From: Phycisphaerae bacterium
Lineage (GTDB): Bacteria > Planctomycetota > Phycisphaerae > UBA1845
Reading direction: 5' to 3'
DNA: 64,000 nt
NCBI GenBank assembly: GCA_013360585.1
Contig: JABWBH010000001.1
Span: 65,820 to 129,819, forward strand
Within the stretch, counting starts at the first letter, position 1. The number at the start of each line of letters is the position of its first letter. Below the pieces are notes generated by a model, which was given only the letters and a program-made list of their open reading frames with translations, was not told the origin of the DNA and searched no databases. Below are positions 17,561 to 26,562 of this stretch, piece after piece. The translations under genes were made by a program, and so were the position numbers.

Positions 17561-18889
17561 ATGAACTGGTCCTCTTATGACACCTGGATCGTCCTCACTG
17601 GCGCGTTGTGCGCCGGCGCGTGTGCGTTGCCGGGAACGTTTCTTATCCTGCGGCGGATGAGCATGATGGGGGACGCGATCAGTCACGCCGTGCTTCCGGG
17701 GCTTGCGGCGGCGTTCATGCTGACGGGGAGCCGCGGGAGCTGGGTGATGTTCGCCGGGGCGGCCGTGGTCGGCGTGCTGACCGCGTTGTTCACGCAGTGG
17801 GTGAACCGCCTCGGCAAGGTGGAGGAGAGCGCGGCGATGGGGGTCGTCTTCACCGCGTTGTTTGCGCTGGGGCTGGTGATGCTGGTGCAGGCGGCGGACG
17901 ACGTGGATCTCGATCCCGGGTGCGTGCTTTACGGGTCGCTGGAGTTGGCGCCGCTGGATGCGCGGTTGTTTTTTGGAACCCGTGTGCCGCGAGCGGCGCT
18001 GATGCTGGGGGCGGTGTTTCTTGTGAACCTTGTGCTCGTTATCGCGTTTTACAAGGAGCTGCGGATCAGTTCATTCGACCCGGAACTTTCGACCACGCTG
18101 GGGATTCCCGCGGGAATGCTGCACTACGGGCTGATGACGATGGTCGCGGTGACGACGGTGGCGGCGTTCGAGAGCGTCGGGAGCATCCTGGTTATTGCAA
18201 TGCTGATCGTTCCGGCGGCGTCGGCGCGGCTGCTGACGGACCGGTTGTGGCTGACGCTGGCGTTGGCCGTGGTGCTCGGCGCGGGCGGAGCGGCGCTCGG
18301 GCACGTCGGGGCGATCGTCGTTCCTTCCTGGTTCGGATTCGCGGACACAAGCACGGCGGGGATGATGGCGGTGGCGGCGGGAGCGATCTTTGCGTTGTGC
18401 CTGCTCGCGGGTCCGCGGCACGGGTTGGTGAGCCGGGTCGTGCATCGTCTCGGGCTTGCGTTACGGATTGCGCGAGAGGACATCCTGGGGCTGCTTTACC
18501 GGTTGGAGGAAGCGGGTGACCTGCGGCGGGCGCGGGCGGGCGAGGTGGCGTCGCTGATGCGCAGCGCGATCGGCGGAGGACGTGCAGTGACGCGGATTGC
18601 GCTGGCGGATCTCCGACGGCGCGGTCGAGTGACCTTGCGGTCGGGGGAGTTGCGCCTGACGCCGCTGGGGAGGGAGGACGCTCGCAAGCTCGTCCGGTCA
18701 CACCGGTTGTGGGAGACTTACGTCGCCCGACATTTTGCGCTCCCGCCGGATCACCTTCATCCGTCGGCCGGACGAACCGAGCATTATCTTTCGCGGGACA
18801 TGCGGCGGGCGATCGAAGACGAGGCCGACCTTCCGAAGCGCGATCCGCACGGCGCGCCGATCCCAGAGCGGACGAACGAGCCGTCGTGA
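17561..18889 (+). CDS. Second metal ABC transporter permease (ABC-3 family) with a C-terminal DtxR/MntR-like domain
   Basis: ABC-3 core (ILRRMSMMGDAISHAVLPGLA...) followed by ...RSHRLWETYVARHFALPPDHLHPSAGRTEHYLS... . Confidence 0.85.
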   Translation: MNWSSYDTWIVLTGALCAGACALPGTFLILRRMSMMGDAISHAVLPGLAAAFMLTGSRGSWVMFAGAAVVGVLTALFTQWVNRLGKVEESAAMGVVFTALFALGLVMLVQAADDVDLDPGCVLYGSLELAPLDARLFFGTRVPRAALMLGAVFLVNLVLVIAFYKELRISSFDPELSTTLGIPAGMLHYGLMTMVAVTTVAAFESVGSILVIAMLIVPAASARLLTDRLWLTLALAVVLGAGGAALGHVGAIVVPSWFGFADTSTAGMMAVAAGAIFALCLLAGPRHGLVSRVVHRLGLALRIAREDILGLLYRLEEAGDLRRARAGEVASLMRSAIGGGRAVTRIALADLRRRGRVTLRSGELRLTPLGREDARKLVRSHRLWETYVARHFALPPDHLHPSAGRTEHYLSRDMRRAIEDEADLPKRDPHGAPIPERTNEPS

Positions 18890-18956
18890 AAACTCGGAAA
18901 AGGGGGCCTGCGGAGGGGAGGGTGAAGTGCGGAATGATCTGCCAGAAGAAGGCCTG

Positions 18957-19445
18957 ATGAACACGGAACCTGGAGGCAGGTCGGACTCGACTCAGCGATC
19001 GGCCGCGTCGCCGAAGACAGGCGGCGCGCCGGATCCGGCGTTCGCGCAGCGTTTCGCGCGGACCCGGGAGGACCACGCCAGCGAGACGGCGGAGGATTAC
19101 GTCGAGTTGATCGACCAGCTTCACCGCGAGCAGGGCGAGGCTCGCGTCGTGGACATCGCCGCGCGGCTGGGCGTGTCGCACGTGACGGCGAGCCGGACGA
19201 TCGCCCGCCTTCAGAAGGACGGGTTGGTGACGGCGCGGAAATACCGGGCGATCTTTCTGACGGAGTTGGGCGTTGCGCTGGCGCGAGAGAGCCGTCGCCG
19301 TCATGCGGTGGTGCTCGATTTTCTGCGAGCGCTGGGCGTCGGCGACGTGCAGGCCCACCTCGACGCCGAAGGCATCGAACATCACACCAGTCCGGAAACG
19401 CTGGCCGCGATGGAGCGGTTTCTGCGCGGATCGGAAACGCGCTGA
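18957..19445 (+). CDS. mntR: DtxR/MntR-family metal-dependent transcriptional regulator
   Basis: ATG at 18957. EDYVELIDQL..., HTH ARLGVSHVTASRTIARLQKDGLV, and RRHAVVLDFL...DAEGIEHHTSPE metal-site motif. Confidence 0.9.
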   Translation: MNTEPGGRSDSTQRSAASPKTGGAPDPAFAQRFARTREDHASETAEDYVELIDQLHREQGEARVVDIAARLGVSHVTASRTIARLQKDGLVTARKYRAIFLTELGVALARESRRRHAVVLDFLRALGVGDVQAHLDAEGIEHHTSPETLAAMERFLRGSETR

Positions 19446-19474
19446 CCCGCCGTCGTCGCGGTTGCACGCGTCCG

Positions 19475-20617
19475 GTGCAACCCGGATATGATGATGCGGT
19501 GAGAACGGAGGGCGGAAACCGGGGCGGGGGCGTCCGGTCAGGCAAGGGCGTCCGGTCAGACCGAGGCGACGGGGAGCGCGTCTCGTGGTTGCGGCGCTTC
19601 GCTAACGCATTCCGGGTCTGGACCGTCGCGGTCGTCTTCGCCGGAATTTGTGCAGCAGCCTCGGGGTTCGCGGAGTCCGGGGCGGCTCCGGCGTGCGTTC
19701 CCGCCGCCGGTCGGGGAGGGGTTGCGTCGAAGGATGCGCCGGAGCTTTGCATCGACGGTGCGGCGCTGATGCGGCATGTCGAGACGCTGGCCCGTCCGGA
19801 ACTGAAGGGGCGGGACACCGGTTCCCCGGAGGAAAAAGTTGCTGCCGAGTACCTTGCTCGGGAACTGACCGACGCCGGACTGATGCCTCCGCCGGACTGG
19901 ACGTCGCCGATCCAGCCCTTCGATTTCAAAGGAAGCCCCGCGCATAACGTGGTCGTATGTCTTCGAGGGGATGACCCGGTCCTCCGCGAGGAGTGGATCG
20001 TCGTCGGGGCGCATTTCGATCACCTGGGTGAACGCAAAGGCCAAGTGTATCCCGGAGCGGACGATAACGCCTCTGGCGTGGCGGGCGTGATCGAGACCGC
20101 CCGCGCGCTTCGGAAGTGTGCGCCCCCGCTGAAGCGATCGATCCTCTTCTGCTTCTTCACGGGGGAAGAGCGGGGTTTTGTCGGGAGCCGGCATTTTCTG
20201 AACACGTCGCCGGTTCCGAAATCCCGGATCGTGGCGATGTTGAACGCCGACATGATCAGCCGGGATGACACGCGGACGATCCACGTGGTCGGGACGCAGA
20301 CGTGCGACGCCTTTGCCGCGGTGGTGGAGGCTGGGGCGGCGAGGGTGGGGCTGAAAGCGGTGTTCGATCACCCGGAGTGGACCTATCAGAGCGATCATTA
20401 CGTCTTTTTCTCCGAGAAGATTCCTTTCCTTTACTTCGGGGTGGAGGACCACCCGGACTACCACCGCCCGACGGATACCCCTGAAAAGACGAACCAGGAC
20501 CAGATGGAGCGCGTCTCCCGGCTGATGCTGGTGGTCGTGCAGAATCTGGCGGATGCTCCGCGTCGCCCTGCGTGGCGGGAAGGCGGGGTTGAGGCGGCGG
20601 ATAAACCGCGGGAATGA
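19475..20617 (+). CDS. M28-family zinc aminopeptidase, secreted
   Basis: VGAHFDHLG and GADDNASGVAGVIE motifs. Signal-like FRVWTVAVVFAGICAAASGFA. Start uncertain; a TTG at 19589 is possible. Confidence 0.85.
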   Translation: MQPGYDDAVRTEGGNRGGGVRSGKGVRSDRGDGERVSWLRRFANAFRVWTVAVVFAGICAAASGFAESGAAPACVPAAGRGGVASKDAPELCIDGAALMRHVETLARPELKGRDTGSPEEKVAAEYLARELTDAGLMPPPDWTSPIQPFDFKGSPAHNVVVCLRGDDPVLREEWIVVGAHFDHLGERKGQVYPGADDNASGVAGVIETARALRKCAPPLKRSILFCFFTGEERGFVGSRHFLNTSPVPKSRIVAMLNADMISRDDTRTIHVVGTQTCDAFAAVVEAGAARVGLKAVFDHPEWTYQSDHYVFFSEKIPFLYFGVEDHPDYHRPTDTPEKTNQDQMERVSRLMLVVVQNLADAPRRPAWREGGVEAADKPRE

Positions 20618-20947
20618 CTCGGTTGAGTCGGAGCCGGGGAAGCGGGCTTCGAGGGGGCGGCCAGCCAGAAGGGGGCGCGGGGCGGTTCTCGGACAGAGGC
20701 ATCGGGGGCGTGCGGAGGTTGCCGGGAGTCGGGGGCGGCAACGCCTTGCAAGTCGGCGCACCGCGCAGTATACGATCCTTCCGGCGTGTCCGGGGTCGCG
20801 CGAGGCGCGGCGACGGATACGGCGAGAGATACATTGATTCATCGGGTATGAGGCGCGCGTGAAAGTTCCGGGGTCGGAACCGCCGGGGGGTCCGTCGGCG
20901 ATCACGGGCGCGGGTGAGGGCTTCGTCGATTTTGCAGGAGTGAGTCC

Positions 20948-21841
20948 TTGAGCACGTTGACGAAAGTATTCGTGGTCATGCTGGCGATCGGAAGCATCGC
21001 CTTCACGACGGTGGCGGTGTCAATCAGCGCGCAGACGACCAACTGGCGTGCGACAGCGGAGAGCTACCGGAATCAGCTTGCGGTGGCGGAAACCACGTTG
21101 CGTGGGCTGACGGCGGCGCACGCGGCGCAGATCGCGACGCAGCGGGACACGATCAACGGACAGTTGTCCCGGATCGCGGAGCTGGAGGGGCAGCTCGCCA
21201 CGGCGCGGCAGGACGTCGGCCAGAAGGATCTGGCGCTGAAGCAGGCGATCGCGGAGAAGAGCAACCAGGAGGCGATGAACCGCGGACTGCTGGGGCAGCT
21301 TAGCGTCAGCCAGGCGAACGAAGAGTCGTTCCGCAAGCAGCGTGACGACCTGGAAAAGAGCAATCTCGATCTTCAGACGCGGAACATGCATCTGCTGGAG
21401 CGGGTACATGATCAGACGTCGCAGATCGCTGTCCTGGTCGAGCAGCGACGGCAGTTCGAGCAGCAGCTTGAGATCCTGAAGCGCGAGAACACGACGCTGT
21501 CTCGGCAGGCGAGTCGTCCCGGCGCCGCCTTGACGCTCGAGGATCCGAAGGGCGCGGGGCTTTCGCAGGTGACGGCGGTGACGCCGGTGGCGAGTTCGGC
21601 GGTGCGCGGGCGCGTGCTGCGCGTGGACGGGAATATTGTGACGTTGAGCGTGGGCTCCGCCGACGGTGTTGAGCGCGACATGGTGTTCGTCGTCCGCCGG
21701 GCGGGGGAGTACGTCGGCGACGTGACGATCAGTGTGGTGGAGCCGAATCAGTCGGCCGGTCGCCTGACCCGTCACCGGGTCGCGCCCGCGGCGGATGATG
21801 AGGTGATCGATCTGAGTCACCTGGCCTCTTCTCAAGGATAG
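20948..21841 (+). CDS. Membrane-anchored coiled-coil protein with C-terminal beta-rich domain (hypothetical)
   Basis: TTG start. TM LTKVFVVMLAIGSIAFTTVAVSI, ~170-aa heptad-rich Q/E/L region, then C-terminus VRGRVLRVDGNIVTLSVGSADGVERDMVFVV. Confidence 0.6.
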   Translation: MSTLTKVFVVMLAIGSIAFTTVAVSISAQTTNWRATAESYRNQLAVAETTLRGLTAAHAAQIATQRDTINGQLSRIAELEGQLATARQDVGQKDLALKQAIAEKSNQEAMNRGLLGQLSVSQANEESFRKQRDDLEKSNLDLQTRNMHLLERVHDQTSQIAVLVEQRRQFEQQLEILKRENTTLSRQASRPGAALTLEDPKGAGLSQVTAVTPVASSAVRGRVLRVDGNIVTLSVGSADGVERDMVFVVRRAGEYVGDVTISVVEPNQSAGRLTRHRVAPAADDEVIDLSHLASSQG

Positions 21842-21845
21842 CCCG

Positions 21846-21998
21846 ATGAGCGATCGACCGACCTCATTTCGTCCGGAAAGCGACGTGTACAGCGTGCTGC
21901 TGATCGTGGCGACCGTCGTGGTTCTGTCAGGGACGGCGTTTCTCCTGATGCGCTGCCAGCAGCTTTTCGGATCGCTGAATCCGTTCGGCGGGGCCTGA
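21846..21998 (+). CDS. Small membrane protein (50 aa, hypothetical)
   Basis: ATG 4 nt after the preceding stop. MSDRPTSFRPESDVYSVLLIVATVVVLSGTAFLLMRCQQLFGSLNPFGGA has one TM helix. Below the track length cutoff. Confidence 0.4.
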   Translation: MSDRPTSFRPESDVYSVLLIVATVVVLSGTAFLLMRCQQLFGSLNPFGGA

Positions 21999-22159
21999 CC
22001 GGCGTCCCCGGGCTGCGCTGTCCGACCGACGGATCGATCCTGTTGCGGACCGCACGCGAGGCTGCGCCGTTGCGCGCCGGGTTCTGCGTGTTGCGGCGGG
22101 CGGTGCGTCAAGGGGGGCCGTCCGTCCGGTGACGTTCGAGGCGAGGGAAGGAGCTCCGT

Positions 22160-23212
22160 ATGATCGGCGACAGGTTGTGGGGTCTGTTCAGCATCGACAT
22201 GGGCATCGACCTCGGAACCTGCAACACTCTGGTCTGCATCAAGGGCGAGGGGATCGTTCTGAATGAGCCTTCGGTGGTGGCGGTGCGCCGCGGTACGACC
22301 CAGGTGCTTCAGAACGGAAACGCCGTCGGGCTGGTCGCGAAGGAGATGCTCGGCAAGACGCCCGGCTCGATCGTGGCGATCCGCCCGCTGAAAGACGGCG
22401 TGATCGCGGATTTCGACATCACCGAGGCGATGCTCGGCTACTTCATCCGCAAGGTGCACGGGCGCCGGCGGATCGCCCGGCCTCGCGTCGTCATTGCGAT
22501 CCCGTCGGGCATCACCGCGGTCGAGAAGCGCGCGGTGTACAATTCGGCGGAGCGTGCCGGGGCGCGCGAGGTGTATCTGCTCGAGGAACCGATGGCGGCG
22601 GGAATCGGGGCGGGGCTTCCGATCGGGGAATCCACGGCGTCGATGATCGTGGACATCGGCGGCGGGACGACGGAGGTGGCGATCATGTCGCTGGGCGACA
22701 TCGCGGTGTGCGAGAGCATCCGCGTCGCGGGCGATGATCTCGACGAGTCGATCGTCAACTACATGCGGCGGACATACAACCTGTGCATCGGTCCGCAGAC
22801 GGCCGAGGCGATCAAGATCGAGATCGGTTCGGTCGCTCCGCTGGAGCAGGAGCTGACCCGAGAAGTCCGGGGGCGCGACAACGTCAGTGGACTGCCCCGC
22901 GCCTGCACGATCACCAGCGAGGAAATCCGCGAAGCGCTCCGCGAACCGGTGGACCAGATCATTGAGTGCGTAATCCGCACGCTGGAGCGAGCTGAACCGG
23001 AGCTTTCCGCCGACCTGGTGTCCAACGGCATCCACCTCGCCGGAGGCGGGGCGCTGCTGCGCGGACTGGACCGCGTCGTGTCGCAATCGACCGGACTGAC
23101 GGTTCACGTGGCGGATGACCCCCTGACCTGCGTGGCGAGGGGCACGGCCGTGTACCTTGAGAACCTCGCGCAGTGGAAGACGACGCTGGAGTCTGACGCC
23201 GACGGGTATTGA
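22160..23212 (+). CDS. mreB: Rod-shape-determining actin homologue MreB
   Basis: GIDLGTCNTLV, NEPSVVA and DIGGGTTEVA motifs; 350 aa. Confidence 0.95.
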   Translation: MIGDRLWGLFSIDMGIDLGTCNTLVCIKGEGIVLNEPSVVAVRRGTTQVLQNGNAVGLVAKEMLGKTPGSIVAIRPLKDGVIADFDITEAMLGYFIRKVHGRRRIARPRVVIAIPSGITAVEKRAVYNSAERAGAREVYLLEEPMAAGIGAGLPIGESTASMIVDIGGGTTEVAIMSLGDIAVCESIRVAGDDLDESIVNYMRRTYNLCIGPQTAEAIKIEIGSVAPLEQELTREVRGRDNVSGLPRACTITSEEIREALREPVDQIIECVIRTLERAEPELSADLVSNGIHLAGGGALLRGLDRVVSQSTGLTVHVADDPLTCVARGTAVYLENLAQWKTTLESDADGY

Positions 23213-23258
23213 CACCGGGACGGACGACGACGTCGGCGCGGCGAGCACGGGGCGCGGC

Positions 23259-23966
23259 GTGACGCGGATCACCCTTGAGATCGCGGTGGAAAGCGCGAAG
23301 GACGCGGTCGCCGCGGCGACGGCGGGCGCGGACCGGGTCGAGCTTTCGGCGGACCTGGCTTGCGGCGGCGTCACTCCCGCGATCGAAACAACACGGGAAG
23401 CGCGGGCCGGGCTTGACATTCCCCTCCTCGTACTGATCCGGCCCCGGCCGGGGGAGTTCGTGTACTCAGGCGACGAACTCGAGCGCATGCGGCACGACCT
23501 CCGGACCGCGATCGAGTGCGGCGCCGACGGGCTGGTCTTCGGAGCGCTGACGCACCGGGGGCGTCTTGATGCGAAAGCGCTTGCGGCGTGCGTCGAAGTC
23601 TGCGGGTTGCGCGTACCGGTGCTTCATCGGGCGTTCGACGAGACCGCCGATCCGTTTGAGGCGCTGGAGACGGCGATCAGCCTGGGGTTTCGGCGCATTC
23701 TGACTTCGGGTCGTCGCGCGTGCGCCGCGGAGCCCGAGGCGTCTGCATTGCTGCGCGACTTGAGGGATCGCGCCGCAGGCCGGATCGAGATCCTGCCCGG
23801 GGGCGGCGTGCGCCCGCACAACGTCCGGGCGGTGCTGACGGGAACCGGATGCGACCAGGTTCACAGCGCGTGCCGGGTCGGCCTGCCCGGGAACACCTCA
23901 ACGTTCGACGCGGACCTTGTCAGGCGTCTGCGGGCGGAGGCGGACGTGCATGCATCCGGGAGGTAA
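23259..23966 (+). CDS. cutC: Copper homeostasis protein CutC family
   Basis: GTG at 23259, after the mreB stop. LEIAVESAKDAVAAATAGADRVELSADL..GGVTP and LIRPRPGEFVYS motifs. Confidence 0.88.
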   Translation: MTRITLEIAVESAKDAVAAATAGADRVELSADLACGGVTPAIETTREARAGLDIPLLVLIRPRPGEFVYSGDELERMRHDLRTAIECGADGLVFGALTHRGRLDAKALAACVEVCGLRVPVLHRAFDETADPFEALETAISLGFRRILTSGRRACAAEPEASALLRDLRDRAAGRIEILPGGGVRPHNVRAVLTGTGCDQVHSACRVGLPGNTSTFDADLVRRLRAEADVHASGR

Positions 23967-23972
23967 CGACGC

Positions 23973-25145
23973 TCAGCCTCGCGCCAGGGCGCGGATGAGG
24001 CGGCGGGACTGGGCGCGGAGCCACGCGAAAGCGTTGGGCGCGGTCGCTCCCGGATGAAGGTGTCCCGCCCCCGGGAACAGGTGCATGTGCAGATATGCCG
24101 CGCGATCGCGCACGCCCGGAAGGCAGAGCAGATCGACGAAGACGTGGCGCAGCGGGCGGGCGGCGTCGTGCGGCGCCTGGTGGATCGCGATCCGATCCTT
24201 AAGCGAGGGATGCGAAGCCGGAGACGGCTGCAACAGGTCCGCGAACCCCGCAAAGCGCATCGGAAACACCTCCTCGATCCGGCGCACGGCGAGGGACATC
24301 GGGTAGCTCAGCCGCCACGCGGACGCAAGCCGGTTTACGCGATCGAAGTCGATCCGCCCGGCCTCATGCTCGCAGAACCGCACGACGTCGTGCAGCCAGC
24401 GAAGCTGAGACAAGCCGTGCCCGGCGGCGTGGACGCAGAGGTGGATCAGCGTCTCCTCAACCGAAGGGGTCCACGCCGGTTCATCGGCGACCGTGATCCG
24501 GCGCGGCGCCAGCCACATCGCCTCGGCGGGGACGGTCTGGCGGTAATGAACCGGTCTGAAGGGGCGAACGTGCACATCAAGCCGCAGCGCGGGCCGGTCC
24601 GGCGTCAGGTAAGGGCGTTCGTAGTAGAACCGCGGGAAAAGCCCCTCGTGCAGGGGTTCGCTTTCGCGGCAACACCCGAGGGAGTCGAGGATCCGATCCG
24701 CGCGGGCGGAGTCCTCCTGTCGGATGAGCAAGTCGATGTCGGACATGCCGCGAAGATCGTCGGCGGCGTATACCGTGGCGTTCAGGGCCGCGCCTTTCAG
24801 CAGCAACGTCGGGACGCCCGCTTCGCGCAGCGCCCGCAGGATCGGACGCAGGCACGCGGACCGTCGCCGGTGGGAGGCGCCGAGGTGGCGCCGATGCTCG
24901 TCGAGGATGATCTGTGCGGATGCGGGAAGCCGGACGCGGCGAGCGCGAAGCGCCTCATCCAGCGGGCCGCCGACGCCAAGTTCGCAGGCTTCGCAAGCGG
25001 CGCGTTCGATCAGGCCGCTTGCGCCCCAGCGCTCGACGAGGGGCGCGGGGTCGCCGTCGAGGCAGCGCGCCAGACCGTGCTGGATCGACTCCGGCGAACG
25101 CTCCCGGATCTCGTCCTTCCAGCGGTGACGGAGCGAGGTTCTCAC
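23973..25145 (-). CDS. Nucleotidyltransferase family protein (NTP_transf_5-like)
   Basis: GTG at 25145 overlaps the upstream stop (GTGA). LLLKGAALNATVY...LRGMSDIDLLI motif. Confidence 0.8.
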   Translation of the reverse strand: MRTSLRHRWKDEIRERSPESIQHGLARCLDGDPAPLVERWGASGLIERAACEACELGVGGPLDEALRARRVRLPASAQIILDEHRRHLGASHRRRSACLRPILRALREAGVPTLLLKGAALNATVYAADDLRGMSDIDLLIRQEDSARADRILDSLGCCRESEPLHEGLFPRFYYERPYLTPDRPALRLDVHVRPFRPVHYRQTVPAEAMWLAPRRITVADEPAWTPSVEETLIHLCVHAAGHGLSQLRWLHDVVRFCEHEAGRIDFDRVNRLASAWRLSYPMSLAVRRIEEVFPMRFAGFADLLQPSPASHPSLKDRIAIHQAPHDAARPLRHVFVDLLCLPGVRDRAAYLHMHLFPGAGHLHPGATAPNAFAWLRAQSRRLIRALARG

Positions 25146-26176
25146 GCGGCTTCGACTCCGGGGCGGACCGGCTCCTCCGGGTGAGTGAGATCGGCGGGGT
25201 CGGGTCGCCCGGATGTCGGCACGTGCGCCCGCCACGCCGCTTCAAGCACGTCGCAGGTGGCGTCAATTTCGCCGGATTCCAACTGAAAACACGCGGCTCT
25301 TTCGACGACGCCACCGAGCACGTCGAGCGTCGCGGCGCGGTAGCGTCCGAAGGTGAAGCACACGCCGAGGAGTTGAAAGAGCGCCCGCGCACGTGAGAGC
25401 GGGTGCAGAGTCGGGGCGGGTCGGGCCACGTAGCGCGGAAACGCGATCATCCCGACGGGAATCCCCCAGGGCGTCCGGTGCGGGCGAAGCGCCTGCGGAT
25501 CGATCAGGCGGACCCGGCCTTTCCAGCTTTTTTCGTAGGACGGAAGCGCGCCGGCGGCGGGGCAGAAAGCGTCCACGATCTCGAACGAGCCTTCCTTGAT
25601 GCACAGGGCCTTCGGATACGGGTCGAGAGAGAGCGTCTCGGGATCGATCAGGGCGAACTCATCGGAAAGGTAGCTCCAGCCGCGGGAGATCAGTCGGGCG
25701 GTGAGCGTGGACTTCCCGCACTGCGGTTGCGCCGGCAGGACGAGGGCGAACCCGTCGCGGGCGACGACGCCGGCGTGGAGCTGGTGATATCGCGGCAGCG
25801 TTGCGGCGACAGCGGCGTTGATCGCCCACTCCACGTGCGGGAGGACCGCCTGCGGCTTGCGCAGGAGGAAGCGTTCTTCCCCGTCCACGCAGATGCGGAA
25901 GCAGCGACCGAGCGGTCTCACGCGGATTATGCGATCCACGCGGATGTGAACCGCCGAAAGCGTCGGACCGCCGATGTAGTGGCGCTGATAAAGGTGGTGA
26001 AAAGGCTCTCGAAAACGCGCGTCCGCGCTGTGCAGGCAGACCGTCACGGCGCCGATCCGGTAGTACGCGGGAGATTCAAGACCGGGCGGCGCCGGGCATG
26101 AAGCGCGCCGTGCGGGGTTGTATCCGTCAAGGGCGGGGCCGACGTCACGTCTGCCGGTCGTCGAAGCCGTGCTCAT
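25142..26176 (-). CDS. HPr-kinase-related P-loop kinase
   Basis: Walker A PAQPQCGKSTLTARL followed by LSDEF. ATG overlaps the PqqD-like stop (ATGA at 26173-26176). Confidence 0.8.
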   Translation of the reverse strand: MSTASTTGRRDVGPALDGYNPARRASCPAPPGLESPAYYRIGAVTVCLHSADARFREPFHHLYQRHYIGGPTLSAVHIRVDRIIRVRPLGRCFRICVDGEERFLLRKPQAVLPHVEWAINAAVAATLPRYHQLHAGVVARDGFALVLPAQPQCGKSTLTARLISRGWSYLSDEFALIDPETLSLDPYPKALCIKEGSFEIVDAFCPAAGALPSYEKSWKGRVRLIDPQALRPHRTPWGIPVGMIAFPRYVARPAPTLHPLSRARALFQLLGVCFTFGRYRAATLDVLGGVVERAACFQLESGEIDATCDVLEAAWRAHVPTSGRPDPADLTHPEEPVRPGVEAA

Positions 26177-26562
26177 GAAACTTCGTCCGCCCCGAGGATT
26201 CGCCCGATCCAGCCGTGCCGTCGCATCGCGGCGAGTACCGGTGCGAAGCGCGAGGCAACTTCGTCCGTCCTCTCACCGTGTTTCTGCGCCAACTTGAGAA
26301 AGATGGCGGCATCGTCGCGCGTGCCGTCAACCTGCTTGAAGACCTCAAAGGCATCGGCGTCGAGATACAGAACTTCGTGAGCTCCCGGGTCGTACACGAC
26401 GGCCTCGTCGTCGATGCGGTGGACGACGACTTCCCGGCAGATCCGCCAGCGCGTGGCTTCCGGCATGCTGGTCGTCGGAGGCTCCGCGAGCGCCCGCGTC
26501 GATGAAACGGGGCGGCGGCGTCCTTCCGGCGTTTGTTCAGGATGAGACATGGCTTGTGGCAT
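26173..26562 (-). CDS. PqqD-family peptide chaperone (RRE-like)
   Basis: VHRIDDEAVVYDPGAHEVLYLDADAFEVFKQVDG is typical of PqqD/RRE domains. Alternative starts at 26550 and 26466; the latter gives 97 aa, the usual PqqD size. Confidence 0.75.
   Translation of the reverse strand: MPQAMSHPEQTPEGRRRPVSSTRALAEPPTTSMPEATRWRICREVVVHRIDDEAVVYDPGAHEVLYLDADAFEVFKQVDGTRDDAAIFLKLAQKHGERTDEVASRFAPVLAAMRRHGWIGRILGADEVS

Noticed and set aside
13925-19929. Series of long antisense ORFs across the metal-uptake locus (13925-15142, 15972-17147, 18192-19385, 18784-19929)
   Set aside because: All lie opposite ABC-transporter/MntR genes with clear motifs, and their translations are dominated by Arg/Pro/His/Gln runs.
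20746-20774. Possible promoter TTGCAA-17-TATACG upstream of the coiled-coil gene
   Set aside because: The -10 element is weak (TATACG) and lies 170 nt from the TTG start with nothing else to support it, so it is not listed as a feature.
21020-23488. 822-aa minus-strand ORF spanning the coiled-coil gene, mreB and the cutC start
   Set aside because: Shadow ORF opposite well-supported genes (MreB motifs are on the plus strand). The translation is Arg/Pro-rich and featureless.
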